Part shown: one piece after another, positions 28,852 through 37,291 of the stretch
How the letters are laid out: each line of letters begins with the position of its first letter
Numbering within the stretch: the stretch's first letter is position 1
From: Candidatus Altiarchaeota archaeon
GTDB taxonomy: Archaea; Altiarchaeota; Altiarchaeia; IMC4; SCGC-AAA252-I15
Assembly: GCA_041306075.1 (NCBI GenBank)
Contig: JBFYKH010000007.1
Coordinates: forward strand, 8,821-72,820
DNA length: 64,000 nucleotides
Reading direction: 5' to 3'
Notes under the pieces: model-generated
What the model was told of the DNA's origin: nothing
What the model saw: the letters and a program-made list of their open reading frames with translations, nothing else
The model's database searches: none
Position numbers and translations under genes: made by a program

Positions 28852-29007
28852 ATGGTGCCAATCACCAGGGACAACCGCTTGTGCACGCACCGTGTCGGCA
28901 ACAAATGCGGAAACCAGAAGGTCGGAAACGCCCCTGTCGTGAACGACAGCCTCCAGTCCAGGTGGTACTGCAGCAACTGTCCCTACTACTTCAAGGCGTC
29001 AGGCTGA
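28852..29007 (+). CDS. Small Cys-rich (zinc-finger-like) protein, 51 aa
   Basis: Below the track cutoff: MVPITRDNRLCTHRVGNKCGNQKVGNAPVVNDSLQSRWYCSNCPYYFKASG*; fills the gap between the ATPase and the pilin genes. Confidence 0.35.
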   Translation: MVPITRDNRLCTHRVGNKCGNQKVGNAPVVNDSLQSRWYCSNCPYYFKASG

Positions 29008-29010
29008 AAC

Positions 29011-29328
29011 ATGGCCCCCATAAGCGTCATGCTTGCGCGCCATGCAGCAGCCTTCATGCTGGCGTTCGCCCTGGCGGGGTTCGCCCAGGCCCAGTGCTAC
29101 GAGCCCTTGGGCTCCGACCTGATGAAACCCGTAAAGAATATCATAGACTTCCTGGTGGTGATAGCCTACCCCATCGGATTCTTCATGATAGTCTACATGG
29201 GGGTAAAATGGATAATCTCCGAGGGCCCCGAAGACCGGGAGAACGCCAGGCGCGGGGTCATCTACGTGATAATAGGCCTGATACTCCTCAGGTCCGCGTT
29301 CTATCTGGTCACATACCTCCTGTGCTAG
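29011..29328 (+). CDS. VirB2/TrbC-like pilin-sized membrane protein, paralogue 2
   Basis: 105 aa; signal peptide ...AGFAQAQ; motif MGVKWIISEGPEDRENARRGVIYVIIGLILL between two hydrophobic helices. Confidence 0.6.
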   Translation: MAPISVMLARHAAAFMLAFALAGFAQAQCYEPLGSDLMKPVKNIIDFLVVIAYPIGFFMIVYMGVKWIISEGPEDRENARRGVIYVIIGLILLRSAFYLVTYLLC

Positions 29329-29364
29329 GCTCGGATTAATAAGCATAAAGGCGTATTTGCTACC

Positions 29365-29688
29365 ATGGCATCGCCAAGGTTAATCCTAGCGGCCGTCCTG
29401 ATAGTCTCTCTCCTGTCGATGGCGGCTTCCGCTCAGACCCCTCTCAGCTGGGTCGTCGGCCTGAAGAGGGTGGCGTTCGCGCTCGGGTGGATAATGATGG
29501 TCTTCATGGGCGTTAAATGGATTGTCGCGGACAGCGCCAATGAGAGGGCGGAGGCGAAGAAGGGGATGATATACATCGTCATCGGCCTCCTGATCGTGGC
29601 GAGCGTTTCAAGCCTGCTCCAGATGTACTGCGACGTGGTCGCCTCGTCCGGGGTGGCGGGCTTCACCTGCACGGCGGGGTCCTACTAG
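29365..29688 (+). CDS. VirB2/TrbC-like pilin-sized membrane protein, paralogue 3
   Basis: 107 aa; signal peptide ...SMAASAQT; motif MGVKWIVADSANERAEAKKGMIYIVIGLLIV; C-terminal Cys pair. Confidence 0.6.
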   Translation: MASPRLILAAVLIVSLLSMAASAQTPLSWVVGLKRVAFALGWIMMVFMGVKWIVADSANERAEAKKGMIYIVIGLLIVASVSSLLQMYCDVVASSGVAGFTCTAGSY

Positions 29689-29730
29689 GGGCTCGTGCGG
29701 CCCAAGCCGCAGTCAGCCTTCTTTCTCCCA
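29689..29730. terminator. Putative bidirectional hairpin terminator between convergent genes
   Basis: TGCGGC-CCAA-GCCGCA hairpin (29696-29711) followed by a T-rich run, exactly between the stops of the pilin-3 and PLD genes. Confidence 0.3.
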
Positions 29731-30285
29731 CAGGTTCCTGAAATATGCCTCAAAGTACCTGGCAGTCTCCTCATCGCTTATGAGCACGTCGACTTCATTG
29801 TTCCTCTCGAGGCCGAAGTAGCTGAAGTTGGTGCTTCCTAGGAGGACCTTTTTGCCGTCGACTATGATTAGCTTCGCGTGCGTCGTCGTCTCGTTGGAGT
29901 CCATCCTGACTTCTACGCCCCCCGCCCTCAGGACCTCGAAGGCGTTGTTCTCCTTAGAGTACTCGTCAGCCACCACCCTCACGTCCACGCCCCTCTCCTT
30001 GGCGTACACGAGATCCCTCACGAGCCTGTTCTGGCGGCTCCCGGGATTCGTCTCGTAGTACTTCATCTCGAATGCCACGATGTGCACGCTCTTCTTAGCC
30101 TCCGTTATCGCCTTATGCGCCTCCTCATAGTATCCGCGGTCGGATATGGGCACCACGACCGGCTCGCCTTCCCGTGAAGGGGAGCCGCAGGCGTAGCCTA
30201 TGCCGGCGTCGCGGACCAGGGCCCCCAGGACGACTCCGACGAAGACCCCCGCCAACAAGCCCCACAGTAACGGCCGCCCCATCAC
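29713..30285 (-). CDS. Phospholipase D-family (HKD) endonuclease, Nuc-like, membrane-anchored
   Basis: 190 aa; N-terminal TM; HKD motif THAKLIIVDGKKVLLGSTNFS. Confidence 0.7.
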   Translation of the reverse strand: MMGRPLLWGLLAGVFVGVVLGALVRDAGIGYACGSPSREGEPVVVPISDRGYYEEAHKAITEAKKSVHIVAFEMKYYETNPGSRQNRLVRDLVYAKERGVDVRVVADEYSKENNAFEVLRAGGVEVRMDSNETTTHAKLIIVDGKKVLLGSTNFSYFGLERNNEVDVLISDEETARYFEAYFRNLWEKEG

Positions 30286-31091
30286 CTCATCTCACCCGTC
30301 TTCACCCAGTTCACTCCGAGTTCGTTCAATATCCCCCTCAAGACCTCTCTGTCAGCCCCCCTGAGGCCCTTCCAGTCGATGGCAGCGACGTCCGGCCGCG
30401 GGTACGTCTTGAGTATCATCTCCTGGACCATGGTCTTCGTGAGGTTCTCGACCGCCTGCTTGGGCATGATATGCCCTATGGCATAGTGTTCTGCGGCCTG
30501 GTTGAAGTTGGGTGCGTAGTGGGGGCCGCCGAAGCCTATCGCAGGCGGCTTCCTCTCCACCCCCTGGCTGGCCAGGGTGTAGACGACCTCAGCCACTGCG
30601 TTGCACGCGTTCTCATCGCTCCACTCCTGCCTCGTGCCGCCGACCTCCACGTAGAGGAGCGGGAACGGCAGTTCGGTGGGGCCGTGGTGCGTCACCTCCA
30701 TGCTGACGTCGTAGGCGAGGCAGTACTTCTCCTTCGCCTGCCGCAGGTACATGAGCGCCTGCCGCAGGTGGAGCGCGTCCGTGAGCTGCAGCCTCCCGTC
30801 GCGGCCGCCGAGTTCGGCCAGGCCGAAGTTGCCAGTGGGGTGGCATGTGAGCGTCGGCCTCCCGGATTCGGACTTGTGCCTTGAGGCGACGATGCACGCC
30901 TCAGGGACGTAGGGTATGCTCTCGAGGTCCCTCACGGAGCTGTGGGTGCCGAAGAGCATGACGTTCTCCTTCTTGTATATCGGCGACCCGTAGTAGTAGT
31001 CTCCGGTGGACGCGAAATTGTACCTATTGACCAGGATTCTGGCGATGTTCGACCCAGCCAGGTCGTCCAGGGAATACAAGACTAGTTTCAT
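30282..31091 (-). CDS. dtdA: D-aminoacyl-tRNA deacylase, archaeal type (DtdA)
   Basis: 269 aa; MKLVLYSLDDLAGSNIA... and overall similarity to the archaeal DTD2 family. Confidence 0.7.
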   Translation of the reverse strand: MKLVLYSLDDLAGSNIARILVNRYNFASTGDYYYGSPIYKKENVMLFGTHSSVRDLESIPYVPEACIVASRHKSESGRPTLTCHPTGNFGLAELGGRDGRLQLTDALHLRQALMYLRQAKEKYCLAYDVSMEVTHHGPTELPFPLLYVEVGGTRQEWSDENACNAVAEVVYTLASQGVERKPPAIGFGGPHYAPNFNQAAEHYAIGHIMPKQAVENLTKTMVQEMILKTYPRPDVAAIDWKGLRGADREVLRGILNELGVNWVKTGEMR

Positions 31092-31318
31092 GGCCTTATA
31101 GATACGCCGCCAGCTAAAAAATGCTCATAACACCTCGCGAATCACGTAGCCCGCCTCTGAACTGACGTTTAGCCGGGGTCTTCGGCCGGCCGGATTGTCG
31201 CGCAGTGTCAGGCCCATAAAATCTATTAGCGCCCTCGGTATCCTCAGACGACAACCGCCCGCACTAGCGGTTTTTTGTCGTGGCATCCTTTTTATTCGGC
31301 TTTTTCCTCTGTTATACC

Positions 31319-33190
31319 ATGCGCGTTTTGTTGCTCCACAGCGACTTCCTGGAGTACGAGACCAGGCAGAAGGCGTTGAAGACTGCCAAGGACGCCACTG
31401 AGAAGGCGGGCCGCGCGGAGAACGCGCTGGTCGTGTTCATGGCCGGGGAGAAGGCTGACGAGGCAGACCCGGCCTCGGTGGTCGAGCAGCTAGTCCGTGA
31501 TGTCGTGGACATGTACTCCAAGGTCAAGGCGGAGTCCATAGTCCTGTACCCCTACGCCCACCTCTCGAGCGACCTTTCCCGCCCCCAGGTGGCCGAAGAC
31601 ATGTTGGAGCGGGCGTATGAGGCCCTCCGCGGCGACTACAAGGTCGTCAAGGCGCCTTTCGGATGGTATAAGGCGTTCACCGTGAAGTGCAAGGGGCATC
31701 CGCTGTCCGAGCTCTCAAGGACCATATTGCCTGCTGGGGGCCAGGAGAAGAAGCTGCAGGAGTCCGAGGCCATAAAGAAGGAGGAGAAGATACGGAGCGT
31801 CTGGTACATCATGACTCCGGACGGCGCGCTCCAGGACGTCGGCGCATTCGACTACTCGGGGCACGAGAAGCTCAGGAAGTTCGCATACTACGAGCGCGCG
31901 AAGTCCAGGGTCGTTGACCGGCCGCCGCCGCACATCGAGCTCATGCGGCAGCTTGAGCTCGTGGACTACGAGCCGGCGAGCGACCCCGGGAACCTCAGGT
32001 ACTACCCGAAGGGGAGGATGATAAAGGCGCTCCTTGAAGAGTACGTCACGGATAACATACTCAACTACGGCGGCGTCGAGGTGGAGACGCCCATAATGTA
32101 CGATTTCGAGCACCCCACGCTAGCGAAATACATGGCCCGCTTCCCCGCCCGCCAGTACACGATAGAGTCCGACGACAAGAAGTACTTCCTCCGGTTCGCG
32201 GCCTGCTTCGGCCAGTTCCTGATTGCCCACGACGCCACGCTCAGCTACAGGAGCCTGCCGCTCAGGCTCTACGAGATGACGCGGTACAGCTTCAGGCGGG
32301 AGAAGAGCGGCGAACTCACCGGCCTCAGGCGCCTGCGCGCCTTCACGATGCCGGACGTGCACGCCCTGTGCGCGGGCATGGAGCAGGCGGTGAAGGAGTA
32401 CCGCCGCCGCTTCCAGCTGTGCCGTTCCACGATAGAGGGCGTCGGCCTGTCCATGGACGACGTCGAGGTCGCGGTGAGGGTCACGAGGGACTTCTACAAC
32501 GAGAACGAGGACTTCATAAAATACCTCGTCAAGGAGGCCGGCAAGCCGGTGCTCGTCGAGATGTGGGACGAGCGGATATTCTACTTCGTCCTGAAGTACG
32601 AGTTCAACTTCGTCGACGCCCTTGACAAGGCATCATGCCTTTCGACCGACCAGATAGACGTCGAGAACGGGGAACGCTACGGCATAAACTACACGGACTC
32701 GGACGGCGTGAAGAAGCACCCCGTCATACTCCACTGCTCCCCGTCGGGGGCGATAGAGCGGATAATATACGCCCTCCTGGAGAAGGCCCACATGGCGAAG
32801 GAGGCGGGGGTGGCCCCGTCCCTGCCAATGTGGCTTTCGCCCACCCAAATCAGGGTCATACCGATATCCGAGAAGCACCTGGACTACTCGTCGAAGCTCG
32901 CCGACCGCCTCGAGGAGAAGCGGATACGCGTCGACGTCGACGACAGGAACGAGAGCATGGGCAAGAAGATACGCGACGCGGAGCGCGAATGGGTGCCTTA
33001 CATCCTGGTGGTCGGAGACAAGGAGATAGAGTCCGGGATGGTGCAGGTCCGGGTTCGCGGCCAGAAGGACCAGAAGACGCTCGTCCCGGAGGCCGTCGGC
33101 GTGGAAGTCAAGGAGAAGTCTAAGGGCATGCCCTACAGGAAGCTGCCCCTGCCCCGTCTGCTTTCGCAGAGGCCGACGTTCGTCGGCTGA
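31319..33190 (+). CDS. thrS: Threonyl-tRNA synthetase (archaeal type with N-terminal editing domain)
   Basis: About 623 aa from the ATG at 31319 (the track ORF starts at 31280); class II core ...FRREKSGELTGLRRLRAFTMPDVH...; C-terminal anticodon-binding domain. Confidence 0.9.
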   Translation: MRVLLLHSDFLEYETRQKALKTAKDATEKAGRAENALVVFMAGEKADEADPASVVEQLVRDVVDMYSKVKAESIVLYPYAHLSSDLSRPQVAEDMLERAYEALRGDYKVVKAPFGWYKAFTVKCKGHPLSELSRTILPAGGQEKKLQESEAIKKEEKIRSVWYIMTPDGALQDVGAFDYSGHEKLRKFAYYERAKSRVVDRPPPHIELMRQLELVDYEPASDPGNLRYYPKGRMIKALLEEYVTDNILNYGGVEVETPIMYDFEHPTLAKYMARFPARQYTIESDDKKYFLRFAACFGQFLIAHDATLSYRSLPLRLYEMTRYSFRREKSGELTGLRRLRAFTMPDVHALCAGMEQAVKEYRRRFQLCRSTIEGVGLSMDDVEVAVRVTRDFYNENEDFIKYLVKEAGKPVLVEMWDERIFYFVLKYEFNFVDALDKASCLSTDQIDVENGERYGINYTDSDGVKKHPVILHCSPSGAIERIIYALLEKAHMAKEAGVAPSLPMWLSPTQIRVIPISEKHLDYSSKLADRLEEKRIRVDVDDRNESMGKKIRDAEREWVPYILVVGDKEIESGMVQVRVRGQKDQKTLVPEAVGVEVKEKSKGMPYRKLPLPRLLSQRPTFVG

Positions 33191-33264
33191 ACCTGGGCCG
33201 TTCCGTCCGCCAACCCAAGGATACTGCGCCAGCCTTATATACCCGTATCCTTTATTCATAACCT

Positions 33265-33957
33265 ATGGCCCAGTCTAGGCAGCAGGACGACGACAAGCGG
33301 GCTGCGGCGTACGCGGCCCTGCGCGAGGTCAAGGGCGGCATGAAGGTGGGTTTGGGCAGCGGCAGCACCGCGAACATGTTCATAGAGGAGCTCGGGAAGA
33401 GGAAGTTCCCGGGGCTCTGCGTGGCCTCCTCGAAGGCGAGCGAGGAGATAGCGAGGAAGGCGGGGCTGAAGCTCACGACCCTGGACAGCCTCATAGCATC
33501 CCTGAAGGGCGAGGAAGAGGAGACCATCCTCGACCTGTACGTGGACGGCGCCGACGAGGTGGACAAGTCCATGAACCTCATCAAGGGCGGGGGCGGCGCG
33601 CACACCAGGGAGAAGGTCGTGGCCTCGGCCGCCGCGGAGTTCATATGCATAGTCGACGAGTCCAAGCTAGTCAGCCGGCTCGGGACGTTCCCCCTGCCGG
33701 TGGAGGTCGTCCCCTACGCCCGTTCGTACGTGTCCTGGGAGCTCGGAGAGCTCGGGGCGAAGGCCGCCGAGAGGCCGAAGTTCGTCACGGACAACGGCAA
33801 CGTCATACTGGACGCGGAGGGGCTGGATTTCAAGGACCCCCTCCAGCTCGAGACCGAGCTCAACAACATACCCGGGGTCGTGGAGAACGGGATATTCGCG
33901 GTCAGGCAGCCCGAGCGCGTCATAGTCGGCCGCAAGGGCAAGGCCGAGTACCTTTAA
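33265..33957 (+). CDS. rpiA: Ribose-5-phosphate isomerase A
   Basis: 230 aa; GLGSGSTA, ...DGADEVD..., KGGGGAHTREK motifs. Confidence 0.85.
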   Translation: MAQSRQQDDDKRAAAYAALREVKGGMKVGLGSGSTANMFIEELGKRKFPGLCVASSKASEEIARKAGLKLTTLDSLIASLKGEEEETILDLYVDGADEVDKSMNLIKGGGGAHTREKVVASAAAEFICIVDESKLVSRLGTFPLPVEVVPYARSYVSWELGELGAKAAERPKFVTDNGNVILDAEGLDFKDPLQLETELNNIPGVVENGIFAVRQPERVIVGRKGKAEYL

Positions 33958-33961
33958 GCTC

Positions 33962-34378
33962 ATGGACGAGTCACAGATGCAGCGGCTGCTGATGCAGCTT
34001 GAGATGGGGAAGCGCCAGATGAACGAGCTTAACCGGCAGGCTCAGCTTGCGGAGTCCGCGGTGGCGGAAACCAACTCCGCAATCGAGGCATTGGACGGCC
34101 TGAAGGGAGAGAAGCCGGGCGCGGAAGTCCTCGTTCCCATAGGTGGGGGCGCGTTCGTGCGGGCGTCCCTGAAGGGGGTGGACAGCGTGATCGTCGGTGC
34201 CGGCGCCGAGATGTACGTCGAGAAGGGCGTCGCCGACGCCGTGAAGACGTTCGAGGAAAGGAAGGCCAGGCTCCTGGAGTCCCTCTCCGCGATGCAGAAG
34301 ACGATGGGGGAGCTCGGCATGAAGGTGGCGGAACTCGACGCCCAGGCGCAGAGGCTCATGTCCCAGGCGAAAGAGTAA
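33962..34378 (+). CDS. pfdA: Prefoldin alpha subunit
   Basis: 138 aa; coiled coils flanking two beta hairpins (...VLVPIGGGAFVRA...VIVGAGAEMYVEK...); conserved position upstream of ftsY. Confidence 0.75.
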   Translation: MDESQMQRLLMQLEMGKRQMNELNRQAQLAESAVAETNSAIEALDGLKGEKPGAEVLVPIGGGAFVRASLKGVDSVIVGAGAEMYVEKGVADAVKTFEERKARLLESLSAMQKTMGELGMKVAELDAQAQRLMSQAKE

Positions 34379-34379
34379 A

Positions 34380-35330
34380 ATGTTCGAGGCACTGAGGGAG
34401 AGGCTCGGCTCTTTCATAGGCTCCGTCAAGGACAAGGCCGAGCCCAGGCTGTCAGCCGTGACCCAGGTCAAGGCGGCAGTCACCGGCCGCGCGACGCTGA
34501 CGGAGGCCGACGTCTCAGACACTCTGTGGCAGCTTGAGACAGGCCTTCTAGAGAGTGACGTCTCGATGGAGACCGCGGAACATATAGTCGGCGCCCTCAG
34601 GGAGCGGCTGGTGGGCCTCCAGGTCTCCTCAGGCTCGGCCGGGGAGGCCGTGCGGGCCGCGCTCAGGGCTGGGTTGCTTGAGGCCCTGAAGCCTGTTAAG
34701 GAAGTCGACCTGGTCGCGTCCGCAAAGGCGGGGGGGAAGCCGTTCAAGGTGCTTGTGCTCGGCGTCAACGGCACAGGCAAGACCACGTCCATGGCGAAGC
34801 TGGCGAGGCTCCTCATGGACAACGGCTTGTCTGTCGTGTTCGCCGCCGGCGACACGTTCAGGGCGGGGGCTATAGAGCAGCTTGAGGAGCATGCCCGCCG
34901 GCTCGGCGTCAGGGTCGTGTCCCACCAGAGGGGCGGCGACTCGGCGGCCGTCCTCTACGACTCGGTGGAGCATGCCGCCGCCCGTGGGGTGGACGTGGTG
35001 CTCGCGGACACGGCGGGGAGGATGCAGTCCAAGGCCAATCTCATGGAGGAATTGAAGAAGGTTGTCCGCGTGTATAAGCCCGACATGACGCTATTCGTGG
35101 CGGACGCTCTCGCCGGCAACGACGCCGTAGAGCAGGCGAGGACATTCAACGAGGCCGTGGGCTTCGATGCTGCGGTGCTCTCCAAGATGGACGCGGACGC
35201 GAAGGGGGGGAGCGCCCTCTCGATAGTCCATGCGACAGGGAAGCCTGTCATCTACGTGGGCTTGGGCCAGGGCTACGGAGACCTGAAAAAGTTCGACGGG
35301 AACTGGTTCGTCGACAAGATACTGTCCTAG
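34380..35330 (+). CDS. ftsY: Signal recognition particle receptor FtsY
   Basis: 316 aa; GVNGTGKTTS, ...AAGDTFRAGAIEQL..., DTAGR motifs. Confidence 0.9.
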   Translation: MFEALRERLGSFIGSVKDKAEPRLSAVTQVKAAVTGRATLTEADVSDTLWQLETGLLESDVSMETAEHIVGALRERLVGLQVSSGSAGEAVRAALRAGLLEALKPVKEVDLVASAKAGGKPFKVLVLGVNGTGKTTSMAKLARLLMDNGLSVVFAAGDTFRAGAIEQLEEHARRLGVRVVSHQRGGDSAAVLYDSVEHAAARGVDVVLADTAGRMQSKANLMEELKKVVRVYKPDMTLFVADALAGNDAVEQARTFNEAVGFDAAVLSKMDADAKGGSALSIVHATGKPVIYVGLGQGYGDLKKFDGNWFVDKILS

Positions 35331-35339
35331 AATCGCCCC

Positions 35340-35616
35340 GATCCACCCCCGGCTTTTGGCCGGGGGTGGGGGGTGGTTGGCTGAATTACCACATCCTTGT
35401 GGATGTGATTGTAACCTCCGCAGCCCCATATTGCGGAGGTGATGGCGTTCGTCCCATCATGGAGTGATGCGATTTTTTTTGGCGAGCCTGATCCACCCCC
35501 GGCTTTTGGCCGGGGGTGGGGGGTGGTTGGCTGAATTACCACATCCTTGTGGATGTGATTGTGAGCCAGATCCACCCCCGGCTTTTGGCCGGGGGTGGGG
35601 GGTGGTTGGGGTGATG
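35340..35616. repeat. Tandem G-rich double-hairpin repeat (2 full copies of about 73 bp plus 1 partial)
   Basis: GATCCACCCCCGGCTTTTGGCCGGGGGTGGGGGGTGGTTGGCTGAATTACCACATCCTTGTGGATGTGATTGT at 35340 and 35490 (150-bp period); partial copy at 35569; each unit has hairpins CACCCCCGGC/GCCGGGGGTG and CACATCC/GGATGTG. Confidence 0.7.
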
Positions 35617-35625
35617 TAATAAGCG

Positions 35626-36054
35626 TTACCTTATCCTGTAGTACACTCTCCGGCCGGCGTATTCCTTTTCAAGCCTGCCTTCGTGGAATAACTTCGATAG
35701 TCTGGCGCTTGCCGCGTTCTTTCCCTTGTAGCCGAGCTTTTTCTGTAGTTCGTCGGCGCATATCCTCCCCTTCTCCCTGACATGTTCGAGGACTTCGATG
35801 TCCCGGTCGGTGAGGTCGGCCGTCTCCTGGTTTTTGCGGCCTTGTTGTTGGGCCATGCCCTCTATCTTTGCGCCGAGCGCCTCTATCTGGGAGTTGAGGT
35901 TCTTGATTATGAGGTTCGTGCTTTTGCGCTCTTCGGCGAGCTGGTATAGCATGAGTCCGATGGCGACGGGGTCTTGTATCTGGTTCGTGGCCTGGGCTAC
36001 TTCGCCGAGGAGTTCCTTGTATTCTTTCTCGTATTCAGCCCCGCTACCTTTCAT
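35626..36054 (-). CDS. Winged-helix DNA-binding protein with N-terminal coiled coil
   Basis: 142 aa; C-terminal wHTH ...LEHVREKGRICADELQKKLGYKGKNAASARLSKLFHEGRL... Confidence 0.5.
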   Translation of the reverse strand: MKGSGAEYEKEYKELLGEVAQATNQIQDPVAIGLMLYQLAEERKSTNLIIKNLNSQIEALGAKIEGMAQQQGRKNQETADLTDRDIEVLEHVREKGRICADELQKKLGYKGKNAASARLSKLFHEGRLEKEYAGRRVYYRIR

Positions 36055-36293
36055 GACAGATATGATATTATCATGACTCTTTAAATACTTATCGATTGAC
36101 GCATGATACTATCGAAGATACACCAATGACTGCTATATAGCCAAAAAAGCCACTAATAAGCGTTTATCCCTACCAATGGCTCATAATCACCGCTTGACAG
36201 TCAGGCGGCCCCCAACAGTATGACTGCAAAGTGTCATGACTTCAACCTTATGCGGCAAGACGGCATCGCAACACAACCCCGACAGAATCACAT

Positions 36294-36992
36294 TTACCCG
36301 GACGCCCTGGCTATCCGCAGAAGCTCCTCCCTGTTGGCCGGCATCAACGCCTCCCTCATGAACCCTACGCCGTTCAGCGAGCCCCGGACCATCGCGTCGG
36401 CGGCCATGAATATGCGCTCGTCGCCGAGTCCAGCCGCCTTGTTCTCGTCCGAGACCGAAATCACCAGGGCTATCACATCCGACTCGGTCCTCAACACAGA
36501 CTCCGCATCCCGCTTCTCCACAGCAGCCAAGAGTTCCGCTATGGCGAGCCTCCGCGACTCCTCAGGGCTCAACGGCGGCTTCTGTACTGGCGGCGCAACC
36601 GCGGCTTCGGTCGCCGGCTTGGGCGCCTTCGCCGGCTCCGCTGCCGGCTTAGCGGGCTCCAAGACGGCGTTCAGTCCGCCGCCGTATTTTATCTTGTGGT
36701 AGTCCCCGATTGTCGTCTTCACGTCGGCCTCGACGTACTCCCTCAGTATCGCCCTGACGTTCTCCTCGAACTCCGGCCTCTTGCCCTCCAGTATTTCGCC
36801 CACATACGCGCGGCCATCCTCCCCGGACTCCGCTATCTGGTTGAGGAGGTCGGCTGCCAGCCTCACGTTCGCAAGCTCGATGAGCCTGCCGCTCCTTGCG
36901 TCTATCACGTCCTTTCCGTCGCGGCTCATCAGGTCGTATTCCCCGCGCTTGAGGCCCTGTATACTGAGCGCTCTGTCCGTAGGGTCCATCAT
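36294..36992 (-). CDS. Hypothetical protein (possible tandem Roadblock/LC7-like domains with A/P-rich linker)
   Basis: 232 aa; central AKPAAEPAKAPKPATEAAVAPP linker; fold assignment is tentative. Confidence 0.35.
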   Translation of the reverse strand: MMDPTDRALSIQGLKRGEYDLMSRDGKDVIDARSGRLIELANVRLAADLLNQIAESGEDGRAYVGEILEGKRPEFEENVRAILREYVEADVKTTIGDYHKIKYGGGLNAVLEPAKPAAEPAKAPKPATEAAVAPPVQKPPLSPEESRRLAIAELLAAVEKRDAESVLRTESDVIALVISVSDENKAAGLGDERIFMAADAMVRGSLNGVGFMREALMPANREELLRIARASG

Positions 36993-37264
36993 ACCCCCCC
37001 GGCTATCCTCTTCAGGGCCGCGAACGTGCTGAACAGCCTGCCCACGCTTCCGAAGACGGTCTTCGAGAGCTTGAGGGACGCCTTGAGGGACTCCTGCAGC
37101 TCCGCTCCCACGGCGGCATTGGACTTGAGTATGACGGCCTTGGATACGCTGTCCCTGACGTATTTTATGCCCCGGGCGGTCTCGACAGCGAGGGAAGCCT
37201 CGATGGGCGGCGCCTCGCCGAGGTCCTTCCTCCTTAGCCTCTCAGGCTCGACTGTCTGCGGCAT
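36989..37264 (-). CDS. Hypothetical small protein
   Basis: 91 aa ORF overlapping the upstream gene by 4 nt (coupled). Confidence 0.3.
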   Translation of the reverse strand: MPQTVEPERLRRKDLGEAPPIEASLAVETARGIKYVRDSVSKAVILKSNAAVGAELQESLKASLKLSKTVFGSVGRLFSTFAALKRIAGGV

Positions 37265-37291
37265 CGTATTACCCTTTCGAATCCATCGTAT

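Noticed and set aside
16100-30300. Classifying the secretion-like cluster as an integrated conjugative element or provirus
   Set aside because: No integrase, relaxase, coupling protein, capsid genes or flanking tRNA/att repeats are visible. Flanks are housekeeping genes (polyamine/GT on the left, dtdA/thrS on the right), so a chromosomal Ced-like system is the more economical reading, pending a search for direct repeats.
35340-35616. CRISPR array
   Set aside because: Only 2.5 repeat units, 73-bp repeats with internal hairpins, one 77-bp and one 6-bp spacer, and no cas genes nearby; this is not CRISPR architecture.
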